Positions 32,836-47,800 are shown, counted from the first letter of the stretch. The stretch is DNA of 64,000 nucleotides from Eledone cirrhosa (GCA_964016885.1 OZ024755.1:36642001-36706000); one strand, 5' to 3'. Numbers and translations: made by a program. The notes: generated by a model not told the origin, from the letters alone.

Positions 32836-35800
32836 ATACACACACATTATATATATATACATAAGGGCGGTGGATTGGCAGTATCAGTAGAGGGTCGGAC
32901 GCCATGCTTTCCAGCATAGTTACGTCCCTTTACTATCTGAGTTCAAATCCCGCCGAGGTTGACTTTGCCTTTCATCCTTACGGGGTCGATAAAATAAAGT
33001 ACCAGTAATGCACTGGTAATTGCTGGCCTTGTGCCTAAAGTAGAAACAATTATATATATATACATACACACACTGTAAAGTGGTTGTGTAGAAGACACGG
33101 TAAAAAGGCTCCCAGTCCACACTGTATATGTGGTAGTCTCCTACACGACCACTTTACAGTGTGGACTGGGTGCTTGATACTGTGTCTCCTACACGACCAC
33201 TTTACAGTGTGGACTGGGTGCTTGATACTGTGTCTCCTACATGACTACTTTACAGTGTGGACTGGGTGCTTTTTACTGTGTCTCCTACATGACCACTTTA
33301 CAGTGTGGACTGTGTTTTTTTTGCTGTGACACCTACACGACCTCTTTAGTTTGGACTGGATATTGTGGTACCAACTTTACAGAGAGAGGGTGGTGTTGGT
33401 GGGAGTGGGAGGATGGAGTAGGGGTAGTGGGTTGGGGTGTATATTTGGTTAAGAGGTGCCTACTGACTGTAGGTTAACTTTGTACATAGGCAAGGCGGGT
33501 CTTCTGTATTACTGCATGGCGCTAAAGATCTCGGTCCAGTGACATTGTCTTAGAGGTGTGCAAGATCAAATTTTATCATGTTTTTCTGGGTCTACCTACT
33601 CTGTAACTTCCATCAATTTTGATCGCCCTGCACTTTTTTATACAGCTCTCATCTTTCATGCGCATCACGTGACCATACCAACGTAGTCTTCTCTCAAGTA
33701 AACAGCATCTGATCCCTCTTATTCCTAATTTCTCACTTAGTTCGTTCATGTTTTGCCGTTCGTGTATATTACTATTACACATCCAACAGAGCCTGCATGC
33801 TTCATTCCTTTCCAGTCAGCACAGGTCCTCTGCACACAATGCCCATGTCTCACTGCCATGTAACACTGAGAGAAGGGGGGTGGGTGTAAGCATATTAACA
33901 ATGTATGAGAGAGATTCTAGAAGGGTCCATCAGATTTAACAATATCTAAAATACATAATTCCAAGAGACAAAAGTTTGTTAGATAATAGATGTAAGCATA
34001 TTACAATGTGTGAGTGATCATAAATAACAAAAAGGTATGGACAGAACGAAGTTCCCAACACATATCTAGTAAGTTATATCTGCATAGAAATATATAAAAG
34101 GCAAAGAATGACAATTAAAACAAAAAAAAGTAATGTTTTACCCAATATATTTCAAGTGAAGGCGCGTGGCCGAGTGGTTAGAGAATTAGATGTAAAGTGG
34201 TTGTGTAGATGTCACAACAAAAAGCACCTAGTACTCACTGTAAAGTGGTTGTGTAGGAAACACGGCAAAAAGTACCCAGTACTCACTGTAAAGTGGTTGT
34301 GTAGATGTCACAACAAAAAGCATCCAGTATTCACTGTAAAGTGGTTGTGTAGATGTCACAACAAAAAGCATCCAGTACTCACTGTAAAGTGGTTGTGTTG
34401 GAGACACAACAAAAAGCACCCTGTACTCACTATAAAGTGGTTATGAAGATGTCACAACAAAAAGCACCCAGTACTCACTCTAAAGTGGTTGTGTAGGAAA
34501 CATGGCAAAAAGCACTCAGTACTTACTGTAAATGAGGTTGGTGTTAGGAAGAGCATCCAGCTGTAGAAACCAAGCCAAAATCAATTCTGTATGAGCAAGA
34601 CATGGTCACCTGATCTGGCATTGCCCACAACAGGACAACTCACCTAACCCATGCTAAATGGACATAAAACGGTGATGATAATGATTGCAAGTTCAATTTG
34701 CTTTTAGAATTATTTGACATTAAATGTTTCAATTATAATTAATACAAAGCATTGTGAGATATGTGATAAATGACTAAGCTTCAGAAAGCCGGTACAATGT
34801 GGTAGGAATATATAAAGCCCAAAGGATGACTAATGAAAACAAAATAATGTTTTACTCAGTATATTTCAACATGATATTTGAAAAGAAAGTAATAACTCTG
34901 AAATATCGAATGTCGATTTCAATATGATATTTCAGAGTTATTACTCTCTTTTCAAATATCATGTTGAAATATACTGAGTAAAACATTATTTTGTTTTCAT
35001 TAGTCATCCTTTGGCCTTTATATATTCCTACCACATTGTACCGGCTTTCTGAAGCTTAGTCATTTATCACATATCTCACAATGCTTTGTATTAATTATAA
35101 TTGAAACATTTAATGTCAAATATTTCTAAAAGCAAATTGAACTTGCAATCATTATCATCACCATTTTATGTCCATTTAGCATGGGTTAGGTGAGTTGTCC
35201 TGTTGTGGCAATGCCAGATCAGGTGACCATGTCTTGCTCATACAGAATTGATTTTGGCTTGGTTTCTACAGCTGGATGCCCTTCGTAACACCAACCTCAT
35301 TTACAGTAAGTACTGAGTGCTTTTTGCCGTGTTTTCTACACAACCACTTTAGAGCGAGTACTGGGTGCTTTTTGTCATGACATATTCATAACCACTTTAT
35401 AGTGAGTACAGGGTGATTTTTGTCGTGTCTCCAACACAACCACTTTACAGTGAGTACTGAATGGTTTTTGTTGTGACATCTACACAACCACTTTACAGTG
35501 AGTACCAGGTACTTTTTGTCATCTCTCCTACACATCCACTTTACAGTGTGGGCTGGATGTTTTTGCAATGGTTATAAGAATAAAATGTTAAGCTTACCAA
35601 AGTGTATTGGAGCTGGTCATCAACAGCGAAGTCAGAGGAATGAGTGATTAGTTTGTACACAGAAAAATAGTTGGTCTCATAGCAACCATCATCATTAAGA
35701 CCAGCAATACCAGAAAGAGATGTATCTTTTGCACGACTTTTTTTGAAATCTATAAACAAATATATTTATGGAAACTAAAATGAAATAAAAAACACATATC

Positions 35801-37656
35801 TGTGTGTTTGTGTGTATATGTGTGTATACATACATATATTTATGTGTTGGCCATCAACAAATCTCTGATGAAGACCATCACTATTATATAGAATCATCTT
35901 TTCAGCAGTGGTTCTTTAACCCTTTAACATTTAAACTGGCCATATCCAGCCAGAATTGTCTCACCTCTTTCTGTTCAAACTGGCTGTAATCGGCCGCTCA
36001 TACTGATGTTAAGGTATTATTCCCAAAATAAACAACATCAAAATCTCATAGATTTGATATTTTGTGAGATAATTATGTCAGGTAAAGTATTTACAGCAAC
36101 AATACAATAGTATATATATAGAGTAATGTAAATGCTAAAGGTTAAGTCCACCAACCTTCTATATGTGTTTTAGCAGACCTTATAAACAAAGCTGTGATTG
36201 TACAGAAGTATATTCTGATGGATGTTTAGCACTGTGTCTTTTTAAAACATCAATATATTCACAGACCTTCCTATATGAACTGCATATTATGCAGCCCATT
36301 GTCGTGAATTTACTGTAGTCAAATTTTTGTTGGACCATAAGACTAATAGAAAGACATGTAGGACCACAAATATCACAGAACAAATTTCCCTCATTCACTT
36401 AAAAAATTGTGTATTTTCGTGTAGCTTGTTTAAATTCTGTATGAAAGATGCATCATCATCATCATCATCATCGTTTAACGTCCGTGTTCCACGCTTGCAT
36501 GGGTTTGGACGGGGGTTTTCCCACTTGAGGCAAGAGTGATTGTCTTGCTCGCATAGGACTGTCTGGCGGGTTTTCTACAGTTGGATGCCCTTCCTAACAC
36601 CAACCACATTTACAGTGTGGGTCTGGGAGGTTTTTACCGTGTTGCCTACACGGCCACATTACAGCGTGGACTGTGTGTTTTTTTGTCGTGACACCTACAC
36701 GATCTCATTTGTTTCGGCCTGGATGGTGTGGCACCAACATAACTTTACATTGAAAGGGGCGGTGTGGATGGGGTGGGGGTGGTGGGACGGGGGTGTATTT
36801 TGTTAGAGATGCCTACTGACTGTAGTAGGTTTTACTTTGTATTTAGGTAAGGCGGGTCTTCTCTATTACTGAGTACTGCCAAAGGTCTCGGTCCAGTGAC
36901 ATTGCATGTTTTTAAAAAAAGATATCCCTACCATCCTTTACTCATCTTCTGCAAAAATGCATTGCTTTCGCAGTTGGTCTCACATATTTCAAATAGGACT
37001 TTACGCAATGATAAAACCACAGCCTTGATTTGTTCTGAGTAGGTTTTCTGCATACAAACTCACCAAATAGCAGAGGTAGTAGCATTCTAAACTTGTTCCA
37101 TTCTATTTTTATTCTAGCTACCATATGTTCATAACATATAACAACTAACAAGTGTTTTATGGCTGCTTTTCTCTGCCAGAGCAAAGGTAGGCTGTGTGGC
37201 CTCCATATATATATAATTGTATGAATATATATATTATATTAAAGTGAAATAAAGTGTCTTGTTGTTTCCTTGAGCAAGACACTTTATTTCACATTGCTCC
37301 AGTTTACTCAGCTGTAGAAATGAGATGATAGGGACTGGGGTCCCTATCATTCCACTGCAAAGTGGTCGTGGAGGTGCCACGGCAAAAAAGCACCCAGCAC
37401 TCACTGTAAATGAGGTTGGTGTTAGGAAGGGCATCCAGCTGTAGAAATCAAGCCAGCATCAGTTCCCGTCCCACCCTTGCAAGCAGGGAAAAACCGGACG
37501 TAAAATGAAATGATGATATATATATATAAATCAAGGTTTAGTAAATATAGAAAAAATTTTAAAATAAATTTCAAAAAGTTCACTGTACTTACTATATGTG
37601 CCTTTACCGCGGTATCTCTATATGTATTTTTTACATGTAGGAACACATACTTTTAT

Positions 37657-37704
<48 letters not shown>

Positions 37705-38142
37705 AAGAAAACTGTAAATTTTATAGTCTCACCAATGAGAACTTGTAAACCAGTCACCAAAACGACTCGCAGACTTAAGTGAGCAATGCCAATCTGGCAA
37801 AAAAAGAAAGAAAAAAAAGATAAAATTATATATATATATATTGGAAAATGTGCAAAATCCTTGGTACAGTTAGGTTTATATAAAAAAAGGAAAAGAATGA
37901 CTTCACTAAACAATTTAATCTAATTCTATAATATTATAATTTTACAATTTGGTTTTGTACAAAACCAAATTGTAAAATCATAATATTATAGAATTAGATT
38001 GTGTAGACTACAGGTGAAGTCATTCTTTTCCTTTTTTTAAATATATATATATATAATAATAATAATAATAATATAAGGGAATAAAGAATCAGTGTTGCAT
38101 TTGGCATACCACCTACAGGCGCAATTAATTTGCACCTCTAAT

Positions 38143-38181
<39 letters not shown>

Positions 38182-38417
38182 ACCCGGACACATTCTCCCA
38201 ACTTGTAGAAAACTTATAATGAAACAATTGTTTGGAAAGGGAGATCTATTTTAATTTTAATTATATCTCATATAAAATAATACAACTGGCTTTCCGCAAA
38301 ATACGTATAGTTAGCACCCCAAACGTAAAATTGGGATTATACTAAGGTATATCCTAATGTTTGTTGAGTGAGATGGAAGCCAGTCAGAGTATAGCTTAAG
38401 GCTTTCTCTGTTAATGT

Positions 38418-38461
<44 letters not shown>

Positions 38462-38841
38462 GGTTCAATTGGGGGTAACCACAGTAAGTACGATACTCAA
38501 TACATAGCAGAGTATAAGTATTTAATATAGAAATGGCTTCTGCAGGACTAGAACGGTTTCATTTGGGAGAAATCATCAGGAAGCCAACTGTGTAAGTAAT
38601 ATGGTGGTATTTATATCTTTTCTGGGGGTAGCAGAGGGTGGTGGTTGGGATGGGTTGAGGTCATTGGTTGATGGATTTAAAAACTATATTTAGAGAAACA
38701 AAGGCAGAAAAGAATTCAAGCTAAGTACCTATAGACAAACTGAGAGGCACTCCTAATTTTTAAGGTTCATTTATTCTAAGCAGACAATGGCTATTCATCG
38801 GTGAGGTCTGCAAAAATGGTCACACACACACACACATTATG

Positions 38842-38882
<41 letters not shown>

Positions 38883-41800
38883 AAAAAGCAATGAATAATC
38901 TTTTAGTCTAATTGAAGCAGACATCAAGTATACAAATGTTGAAGAAGTAAAGTGGTGAGAATCACTTGCAGAGTATGGAGAAAAAGTAGGCACTTATTCA
39001 ATATTCCAACATCACTAGTTATATGAATAACATTCTAGTTGTAGATGTAGCATGGCCGAATGGTGGGAGAGTTGACTTTGCAATTATTAGGTCTTGGATT
39101 ACACCCAACAATGTGGCATTTTGGGCAAGTGTCAACTTATGCCTTGTGAATAAAATTGGGCAGAAGGTAATTGTTTGGAAGTTTGTTGGATGGATTATAC
39201 TCATATTTCAGAAGTTCAGCTTTCTCACACACTGTGTCTTGTTGAATCTCGTTAAAGGTTCACTTGTCTGTGGAATACTCAGCCATTTACACGTTAATTT
39301 CACAAGCAGGCAGCTTCTTTAACACTTGTGGTTTCAAAATGACAGTGATTCATTCCACTTTTATCCAATACTCATTAGCATATAGTACCAGGTTTTAAAA
39401 TGCCTTAGACACGTCTTAAATACAGCAAATTTCTTCCAGAGAAGGGTAGAGTGAGAGAATGAAAGTGAGAAAGAGATATAGAAGAAGAATTGATCCCAGT
39501 ACTTGACTGGTATTTATTGACCTCAAATAGATGAAAGGTAAAGCTGACCTCGATGGGATTTGAACTCAGAGAACGGAGTGCCAAAATGAATACCATAAAG
39601 CATTCTATCCAATGTTCTAATGACTCTGCCAATTCACTGCCTTATAGATACTTTTAAGAAGGTATAAATAAGAAATGACTTACAAGAAAGATATTATAGG
39701 ATGAACTATACAAAATAACTTACTGAATGTAGTAATTTGAGAAAATAACATTCCACATAGTGAGAAGAGGCCCAATCTTTTACGCGACATTTGTGGCTGC
39801 AGTAGAGGACATTGCAGCATCTTTGGCAGCTGGCAAAAATATAAGAAAGCTATGAATGGCATTATACTGTAAAGAATAATTATATAAATTGTCTGCACTC
39901 TTGACAAGAGTGTAAATGTTAAAGGGTTAATAATGAATATTGATGAAAGGTGGGAAAAAGGTAGACAAAAAATTTTGTAGATGGTATAAGGATAAATACT
40001 TTGAAGAATGATACTTACGGGATAGGAGAAATTAAGTCAACAAAACAGTTATTGCAATGACATAAATAGTAATCAGGCAGCAGGACAGCAGCATATGGTT
40101 TCTCTACAATAAGGACATCTCCTGCTTTAATAGGATGTTTAGCCTGAAAATATTCAAAACAACATCAGATAGAGAGGAAAAACATGTTGGTATATTATAT
40201 AAAATATATGTATGAAGACCACGAAAAACATGGATGGAGGTGATAAGAGCTAACATCACTAGTTGGTACGATCTCATGTGTCTCAAACAATTTAGGCTCA
40301 AGTTTAGTGGCTTTTAGTGTTGTTTTGAGTTGGTCCTTATATCTTTGAAGAGGCCAACCCTGTGGTCTTTTCTCTGAAGTGAGCTTGCTGAATAAAACTT
40401 GACATGGAAACCTTGACTCTTCCATTCTTACTACATGTCCTGACCATCAAAAATGGTGTTTCATGGTCAAAGATTTGATGCTTTGACTGTTGGTTCTTGC
40501 AAGGACTTTGTTATAAGTCACATAGTATTCCCATTTGATGTTCAAGATTAAATGAAGCTTTTGCTGGTTAAGTGTTCTAATTTTTGGATGTTGCGTCATG
40601 AGAACCTCTGATGTAGAGTCCAGGTTTCACAGCCATATAGTAAGGTTGACAGGAATAACAGCATTAGAGACCATAATTTTTGTTAAGTTCAGATGTTTGT
40701 TGTTGAAGACCTGTTCGATTATCTTTCCTAATGTCCTGTGTGCAGCGCCAATTGTGTTCCATATCCTTTTCTGAGGTGCATTTGTTTGATAAAAGGCTGC
40801 CTAGATATGGAAAATGCTCTACTTGTTCAAGAGGTGTATCAGAAATGGCACTATCAAATCCTGGTAAAATGATATTTGGGGCTGGTTATACAAGGAACTT
40901 GGTTTTCTTGATGTTTACAGTAAAGTCAAAGTAATGGTAGGCCACAACAGAGTTGCTCACAAACAGTTGGAGTTCTTCTTTCGAATGACAGAGGGCAGTG
41001 TCGTCATCAGTCAGCATATTCTGAGACATACGCGTATAAGAGGGATAAGTTGTGGTGTGCAGGAGAGAAGGCTGAGATGGTATGGACATGTGATGCACAT
41101 GGAAGATGACCACTGGGTAAAGAAGTGCCAAGAAATCCCAGTTGAAGGAAGACGCAGTAGAGGAAGACCACAAAAATCATTGGCGGAGGTGGTGAGAGCA
41201 GACCTCAGATCGCTAACGCTCACGGAGGAGATGAGGAAGGACCGTGACGAATGGAAAGATGCTGTGCTGAATAGGACCCGTCCCACCCTTGCAAGCAGGG
41301 AAAAGCGGACGTAGAATGATGATGATGATGATGATGCATGTGTATTGCAAGGTTGAAAAGTTGAAAAGTTCTCCATTATATCTGGATTGACTGGAGGATA
41401 CTGGAGGAAGTTCGTGAAACATTACAGCCAGATACAAGCAGAATGGTGTTAGGTGCCAAGATGTATCCTTGTTTTAGTCCACACATGATTGGAAAGTCTT
41501 CTGACATTGTGTTTTGGTGGAATATACATATTGTCATGCATTGCTTGAACCAGAGAGACAAAATGGTTAGGACATCCAAAACGATGACAAACTTTCCACA
41601 TAGCAGTTCTTGGAACACTGTCAACATTTTGCAAGTCATAGAAAACAAAGAAAAGGGTTTTTTGTTGTTCCCTGCTTTTCTCTTGTTAAGTTGGTAATTG
41701 GAGAATAACTTAAAGGTTCTTGCATAAAATATTTGTTTCTACTTTTGGTACAAGGCCAGCAATTACCCAGTACATTACTGGTACTTTATTTTATCGACCC

Positions 41801-44800
41801 CATAAGGATGAAAGGCAAAGTTGACCTTGGCGGGATTTGAACTCACATCATAAAGGGCCATAACTCTATGCTGCAAAGCATGGCGTCCGACCCTCTACCG
41901 ATACTGCCAATACACCGCCCTAATAATAATAATTGTTTCTACTTTTGGTACAAGGCCAGCAATTACCCAGTACATTACTGGTACTTTATTTTATCGACCC
42001 CGTAAGGATGAAAGGCAAAGTTGACCTCGGCGGGATTTGAACTCAGAATGGAAAGGGCCATAACTCTATGCGTCAAAGCATGACGTCCGACCCTCTACCG
42101 ATACTGCCAATCCACCGCCCAATGCTGTTACATAAAATAATGATGGCAGGTTTTTAGACAGATATAAACAAGTTAACATAAACAGTTTTGCATCATAGAA
42201 CCAAGGGTAGTTTCAGGGGTATGAAAAGGGTTAAAGCTATTGTTTCACCATTCTGAGCGCCGGAGCTGTGGAGAGGCCAACACGTGGGACCCCAGAGAGA
42301 TGGGGAGGGCGAGAGAGATGGAGGTGATGACGGTGGGAGTTCGGCTAATCCACATATCCTTGTGGACTCCCTTATTTTCCCCCTTCTGATACATTGATTA
42401 TATTTTGTAAAAGTTCACTTACTGTTAAAAGAAGGCAGCGAAGTAACTTTGAGAAATGAATTAACTGTAAAGAGTTATTTATATAATGAAGTGTCACCAA
42501 TATTGATGAACAATTAATCTGAAGTGACATCATTTTTCAAACTAATAAAAAAAACCATTCCTGAACTTACTTGAAGATGTCGACCTACACTGCTATTACT
42601 ACAGAGTTCCACAGCACTTGATGCACCGCTAATGATAGAATTTGTGCCATAACTAACTTCGGTGTAGTCTTCTGAGATATCATCAGTGTCCTCGAGATGA
42701 GTTGAGGCAATATAATTTGGTAATTCCATTTCACTATAAAATAAAGGAAAAAAGGTTTGAGAAAAACCTTAGTTAATAATGATGGTGGAATGATGGATGG
42801 TGATGTCTGGTTGTTAATGTCATTGTTGTTGTTATTTAGACCCAAATCAGCCCAGATCATACAAATCTATCACAAAAAATATTCTGTCAATTTTTTAAAC
42901 ATAGTGTATCTAGGTTCACATTATCCAATGAGTCTTTCTTTTCCAAGATATTAAGATGTAAGGTGGTCATGTAGCTGTCACGACAGAAAGCACCCAGTCC
43001 ACACTGTAAAGTGGTCATGTAGCTGTCATGACAGAAAGCACCCAGTCCACACTGTAAAGTGGTCATGTAGCTGTCACCACAGAAAGCACCCAGTCCACAC
43101 TGTAAGGTGGTCGTGTAGGTGTCATGACAAAAAGCACCCAGTCCACACTGTAAAGTGGTCATGTAGAAGTCATGACAGAAAGCACCCAGTCCACACTGTA
43201 AAGTGGTCATGTAGCTGTCACGACAGAAAGCACCCAGTCCACACTGTAAAGTGGTCGTGTAGGAGTCACGACAGAAAGCACCCAGTCCACACTGTAAATG
43301 TGGTTGGCATTAGGAAGGGCATCCAGCTGTAGAAATCTAACCAGGAACGGTTCTATATGAGCAAGACATGGTCATCTGACCCAACTTACCTCAAATGGGA
43401 CAACCCGTCTAACTCATGCTAGCATGGAAAGTGGACATTAAATAATGATGATGATGATGATGAAGGATATATAATATATATATTACTAAATATTCCAATC
43501 ACATTCTACTAATCACCTAAAGGCTTTCAATTTAGTTTTTGGTGGACTTTTGTATGTTATTATTTCTCATTGCTGACTAGAATAGCGTCAGAACCTGATA
43601 AAGCCAAACTCTATGTTTATAACTTAATAAATTTCAAAATCGAGTTGTGTATCCTTTACCAAATAGCTATTGCATCTCTCAAAGACGATGACACAGGACT
43701 GTGACCTCTGGTGTCACACAGTAATACAGAAGACCCGACTTCCCACGGGTACAAGCCGAAGCTGGAGCATATAGACACTATGCCCCCACCCCCTCCCACT
43801 GTAAAGTGGTCATGTAGGTGTCACAACAAAAAGCACCCAGCCCACACTGTAAAGTGGTTGTGTAGGTGTCACGGAAAAAAAGCACCCAGCACTCACTGTA
43901 AAATGAGGTTGGTGTTAGGAAGGGCATCCAGCTGTAGAAATCAAGCCAGAATCAATTCCTGTATGAGCAAGACAAGGCCACCCGACCTGGCATTGTCCAC
44001 AACAGGACAACCCATCTAACCCATGCTAGCATGGAAGAATGGACGTAAAACGATGATGATGATGAGGATATCTTCTATTTTTCTGATTAGTAATAGTGCC
44101 AGGAACAAATCTCCAAAAGCATTCTTTCAAAGTCATTAAACTTTGTATTGTATAACCCATGCCAGTGTGGAAAAATGGACGTTAAACGGTGATGATGATG
44201 ATGATGACGACGATGATGATTTGAAATTGGTAAATATTCAAGAAATTAAATATTTCTCAAGCTTACATTTTAGTTTCCACTTTCTTCAACCAGTTTTGAA
44301 AATCAGACAATAAACTTTCTGTTATAAAAGAGAAAGAGAGATATATAAAAAACACCCTAAAATACACTCACACAATTGAAGGGGAAAAACGACAGAGGAC
44401 TAAACAAGAGAATGTGGTTAAGAAGGCTTTCGTTAAGTATTGGAATGAGATATATAACAAAGGTGGTTTGAATATGAGATGGAGTATAGGATCGAATGCT
44501 GAGTTTTTAGTGAGGCTGGGAAGGAAAAAGGTGGTTAAAACTGCATGTTTTCAGTTTTTCTACCTACTATACTAGTCAAAGGTGCATGTATAGTACAAAG
44601 AATAATGTACAAATGTCAGGAAAGTGAACAGTGAATGAGTCATGATATACATGTGTGCATGTGTATGGAGGTGGAATATCAGGTGTAGTGTTGGCGAATT
44701 TTGAAGGATGCAGTGTCCCAACAGCTAACAACTGATGCAGGTAGTTTGTTCCATGCTTCAGCAACTCTCAGCATGAAAAAATGTTTCTGAAAGTCATAGG

Positions 44801-47800
44801 AGCTGTACTGATTTCTGATTTAGTAAGAATGTCCACGAGTGTTAGACACATGGAATTCAAAAAGGTGCTCAGGGTTGTTGTTGAAGAAGGTGAGGGAAGG
44901 ATAATTGACATAGTATTCAGACTGAAGTACAAATATGTATCGTTTGGGAATGGGAAAGACTTTATGTCCATGATAAGGTATAACAGACACAACTTAGTGG
45001 TTGAAAGATTGGTTTCATAATTAAGGCCAGCAATTACCTCAGTGCATTACTGGTACTTTATTGGTGACTCAACAAAAAGCGTCCAGACCAGATGAAATAG
45101 CTATTGTAAGTCTCTTTACTCCCTTAAACTTAACCAGTCAAGGTAAGTCGTAAAAGGGTAAATATAAATATAAATACAATATAAATATTGTAGGTGAAGG
45201 AATAGTTACCTTTTTTCTTTGGATCATCCTCAGTTCTCTGCTGTAAATGGTTCTTTCCATCATTCAATTCTTCAAATAAACATTTGAAAGACAAAAATAA
45301 TAAAAAAATGTGAAAGTATTTTATGGTGATTTGCATTCATTTTCATAGTAAGAATATTGACTTCTATCGCACCAGCACCACTACCACCACCTCTACCACC
45401 ACTACCACCACCAGCACCACTACCACCACCAGCATCACTACCACCACCAGCACCACTACCACCACCAGCATCACTACCACCACCAGCACCACTACCACCA
45501 CCAGCATCACTACCACCACCAGCACCACTACCACCACCAGCACTACCTCCACCACCACCACCGCTACCACCAGCACCACCAGCACCACCACCACTACCTC
45601 CACCACCTCCACCACCACTACCACTACTTCCACCACCTCCACCACCACTACCATCAGCACCACCACCACCACCACCACCACTATCACCATCATCATCATC
45701 ATCATCACATGTTACCTTTCCCATGTTGGCATGGGTTAGATGGGATATTTTGAGACAATGTTTTACAGAGTTGCCCTTCCAGATGCCAACTCTTTTAGTT
45801 GCCTCTTATGACATGCAGGGAGATGGTGTTACCATCATCATCACCGTTTTACGTCCATTCTTCCACACTAGCATGGGTTAGACGGGTTGTCCTGTTGTGG
45901 GCAATGCCAGGTCAGGTGATCTTGTCTTGCTCAACAAAAATAATGTAGGGGAAATAATGGAAAATAATTGTTTCTACTTTAGGCACAAGGCCAGCAATTA
46001 CCCAGTACATTACTGGTACTTTATTTTATAAAAAGTAAAGTTAACCTCGGCGGGATTTGAACTCAGACTGTAAAGGGACGTAACTATGCTAGAAAGCATG
46101 GCGTTCAACCCTCTACCGATTCTGAGGGAAAATAATGTAGGGAAAATAATTGTTTCTACTTTAGGCACAAGGCCAGCAATTACCCAGTGCATTACTGGTA
46201 CTTTATTTTATCGACCCCGTCAGGATGAAAGGCAAAGTCAACCTCGGCGGGATTTGAACTTAGAATGGCAAGGGCCGTAACTCTATGCGTCAAAGCATGG
46301 CGTCAGACCCTCTACCGATACTGCCAATCCACCCCCCCTATAATTTAGGAAAAATAATTGTTTCTACTTTTGGCACAAGGCCAGCAATTACCCAGTGCAT
46401 TACTGGTACTTTATTTTATTGACCCCGTAAGGATGAAAGGCAAAGTCAACCTCGGCGGGATTTGAACTCAGATCGTAAAGGGACGTAACTATGCTGGAAA
46501 GCATGGCGTCCGACCCTCTACCGATACTGCCAGGAAAAATAATGTGGGGAAATAATGTAGGGAAAATGTAGGAAAATAATGGAAAATATTCTAAAAACCT
46601 GAAAACACATGACATTATGTGAATAAACAAATGAAGAATAATAATAATAAATACCAGCATTTGCTTCTTTGTAATACTGAAGATGGAAAAGACATTGGGC
46701 TTTCCGTAAACTGAGTCTTGCTGGAAGATGTGTTGGAATACTAGGACATTGTTTGACTTCTTCTATATTAGCTATACAAGCCTGGTTAATTTGAAACAAA
46801 AGTTCGGATATTTATACAGTAAATCTTTTTCTGAAGTGTAACAAAAGAAATAGTTACATGGAAGTATGGATTTATTATCATTTTTACACTAGAATTTTTT
46901 TCTATACACTGACATGTATGTGTGTATGTATGCATACATTTATATGTATAAGTATATACATATAAATGTATGCATACATGTATGAGTATATAAAATATAA
47001 ATACAGACACACTTACAAAAATACATACTCACACACATTAATACAAACACACACAGCGTAGTTTTTTTCACACGCGCATACATTCACACAGGCGGCAGAC
47101 ATAAAGAGAGGGGAGTAGTATGAGGTAGTCAAACTACTCCTTTCTCTTTACATGTTGTGGAAGAATCACAGACATTTATATATAGATGCTTTTCCATTCT
47201 GGCATAGAGATAATATCCAAATCTTTATGAAATCCCATCCTACTGTCTTAAAAATGAAAGGACACATTAAATATTCTATGTAGTAGAAGGTACACTATAC
47301 TGAAAAAATGGGATGGTCATGGGTGGAATGCTTTTAATCATCAGCCTGTTCTATCAGGATTGAGCTGAGGTTAAACAAGAATTCTTCAAGGTTAAGACAA
47401 CAGTCACAAGATGATAAAATTGGCAGGAGTAATCTTAGTTTGTAATGCTAGTTTAATTCTGCTTGCAGGGAAAGTCATTTGTGATAGACTGGTAGCCTAT
47501 CCAAACAAAGATTTATCTCTCATCTATTTAATGTCATATAAATAATATAAAGTTGTGTCAAAGACAGAACAATCTCCATAGTGCTGCTGTCATGATGACA
47601 TGCACTCAGTATGTAAGCGAGATGCAGGCCTTCAGCCAGTCTGAGAGGTCAGTAGCTTTGCATGAGTACTAGCTTGGTTGGTGACAACTCATCTAACCAT
47701 AGATAGCAGGGAAAGCTTTAGCATTTAAACTGGTCATATCCGGCCATAATTCTCTCACCTCTTTCTGTTCAAACTGGCTGTAACCGGCTGCTCATACTGA

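Noticed and set aside
32242-32919. His/Tyr/Ile/Thr repeat ORFs
   Set aside because: Low-complexity intronic minisatellite, antisense to SMYD4.
32865-32960. tRNA gene
   Set aside because: A and B boxes belong to a SINE head; no cloverleaf, and it continues into the SINE body in many copies.
35860-35900. CTGATGA motif
   Set aside because: No stem II, GAAA or stem I.
39830-39868. Alternative acceptor 37 nt upstream of exon 9
   Set aside because: Shifts the frame and destroys the MYND finger.
45272-45881. Poly-Pro and poly-Gly ORFs
   Set aside because: Intronic (CCA)n tract with no splice or domain support.
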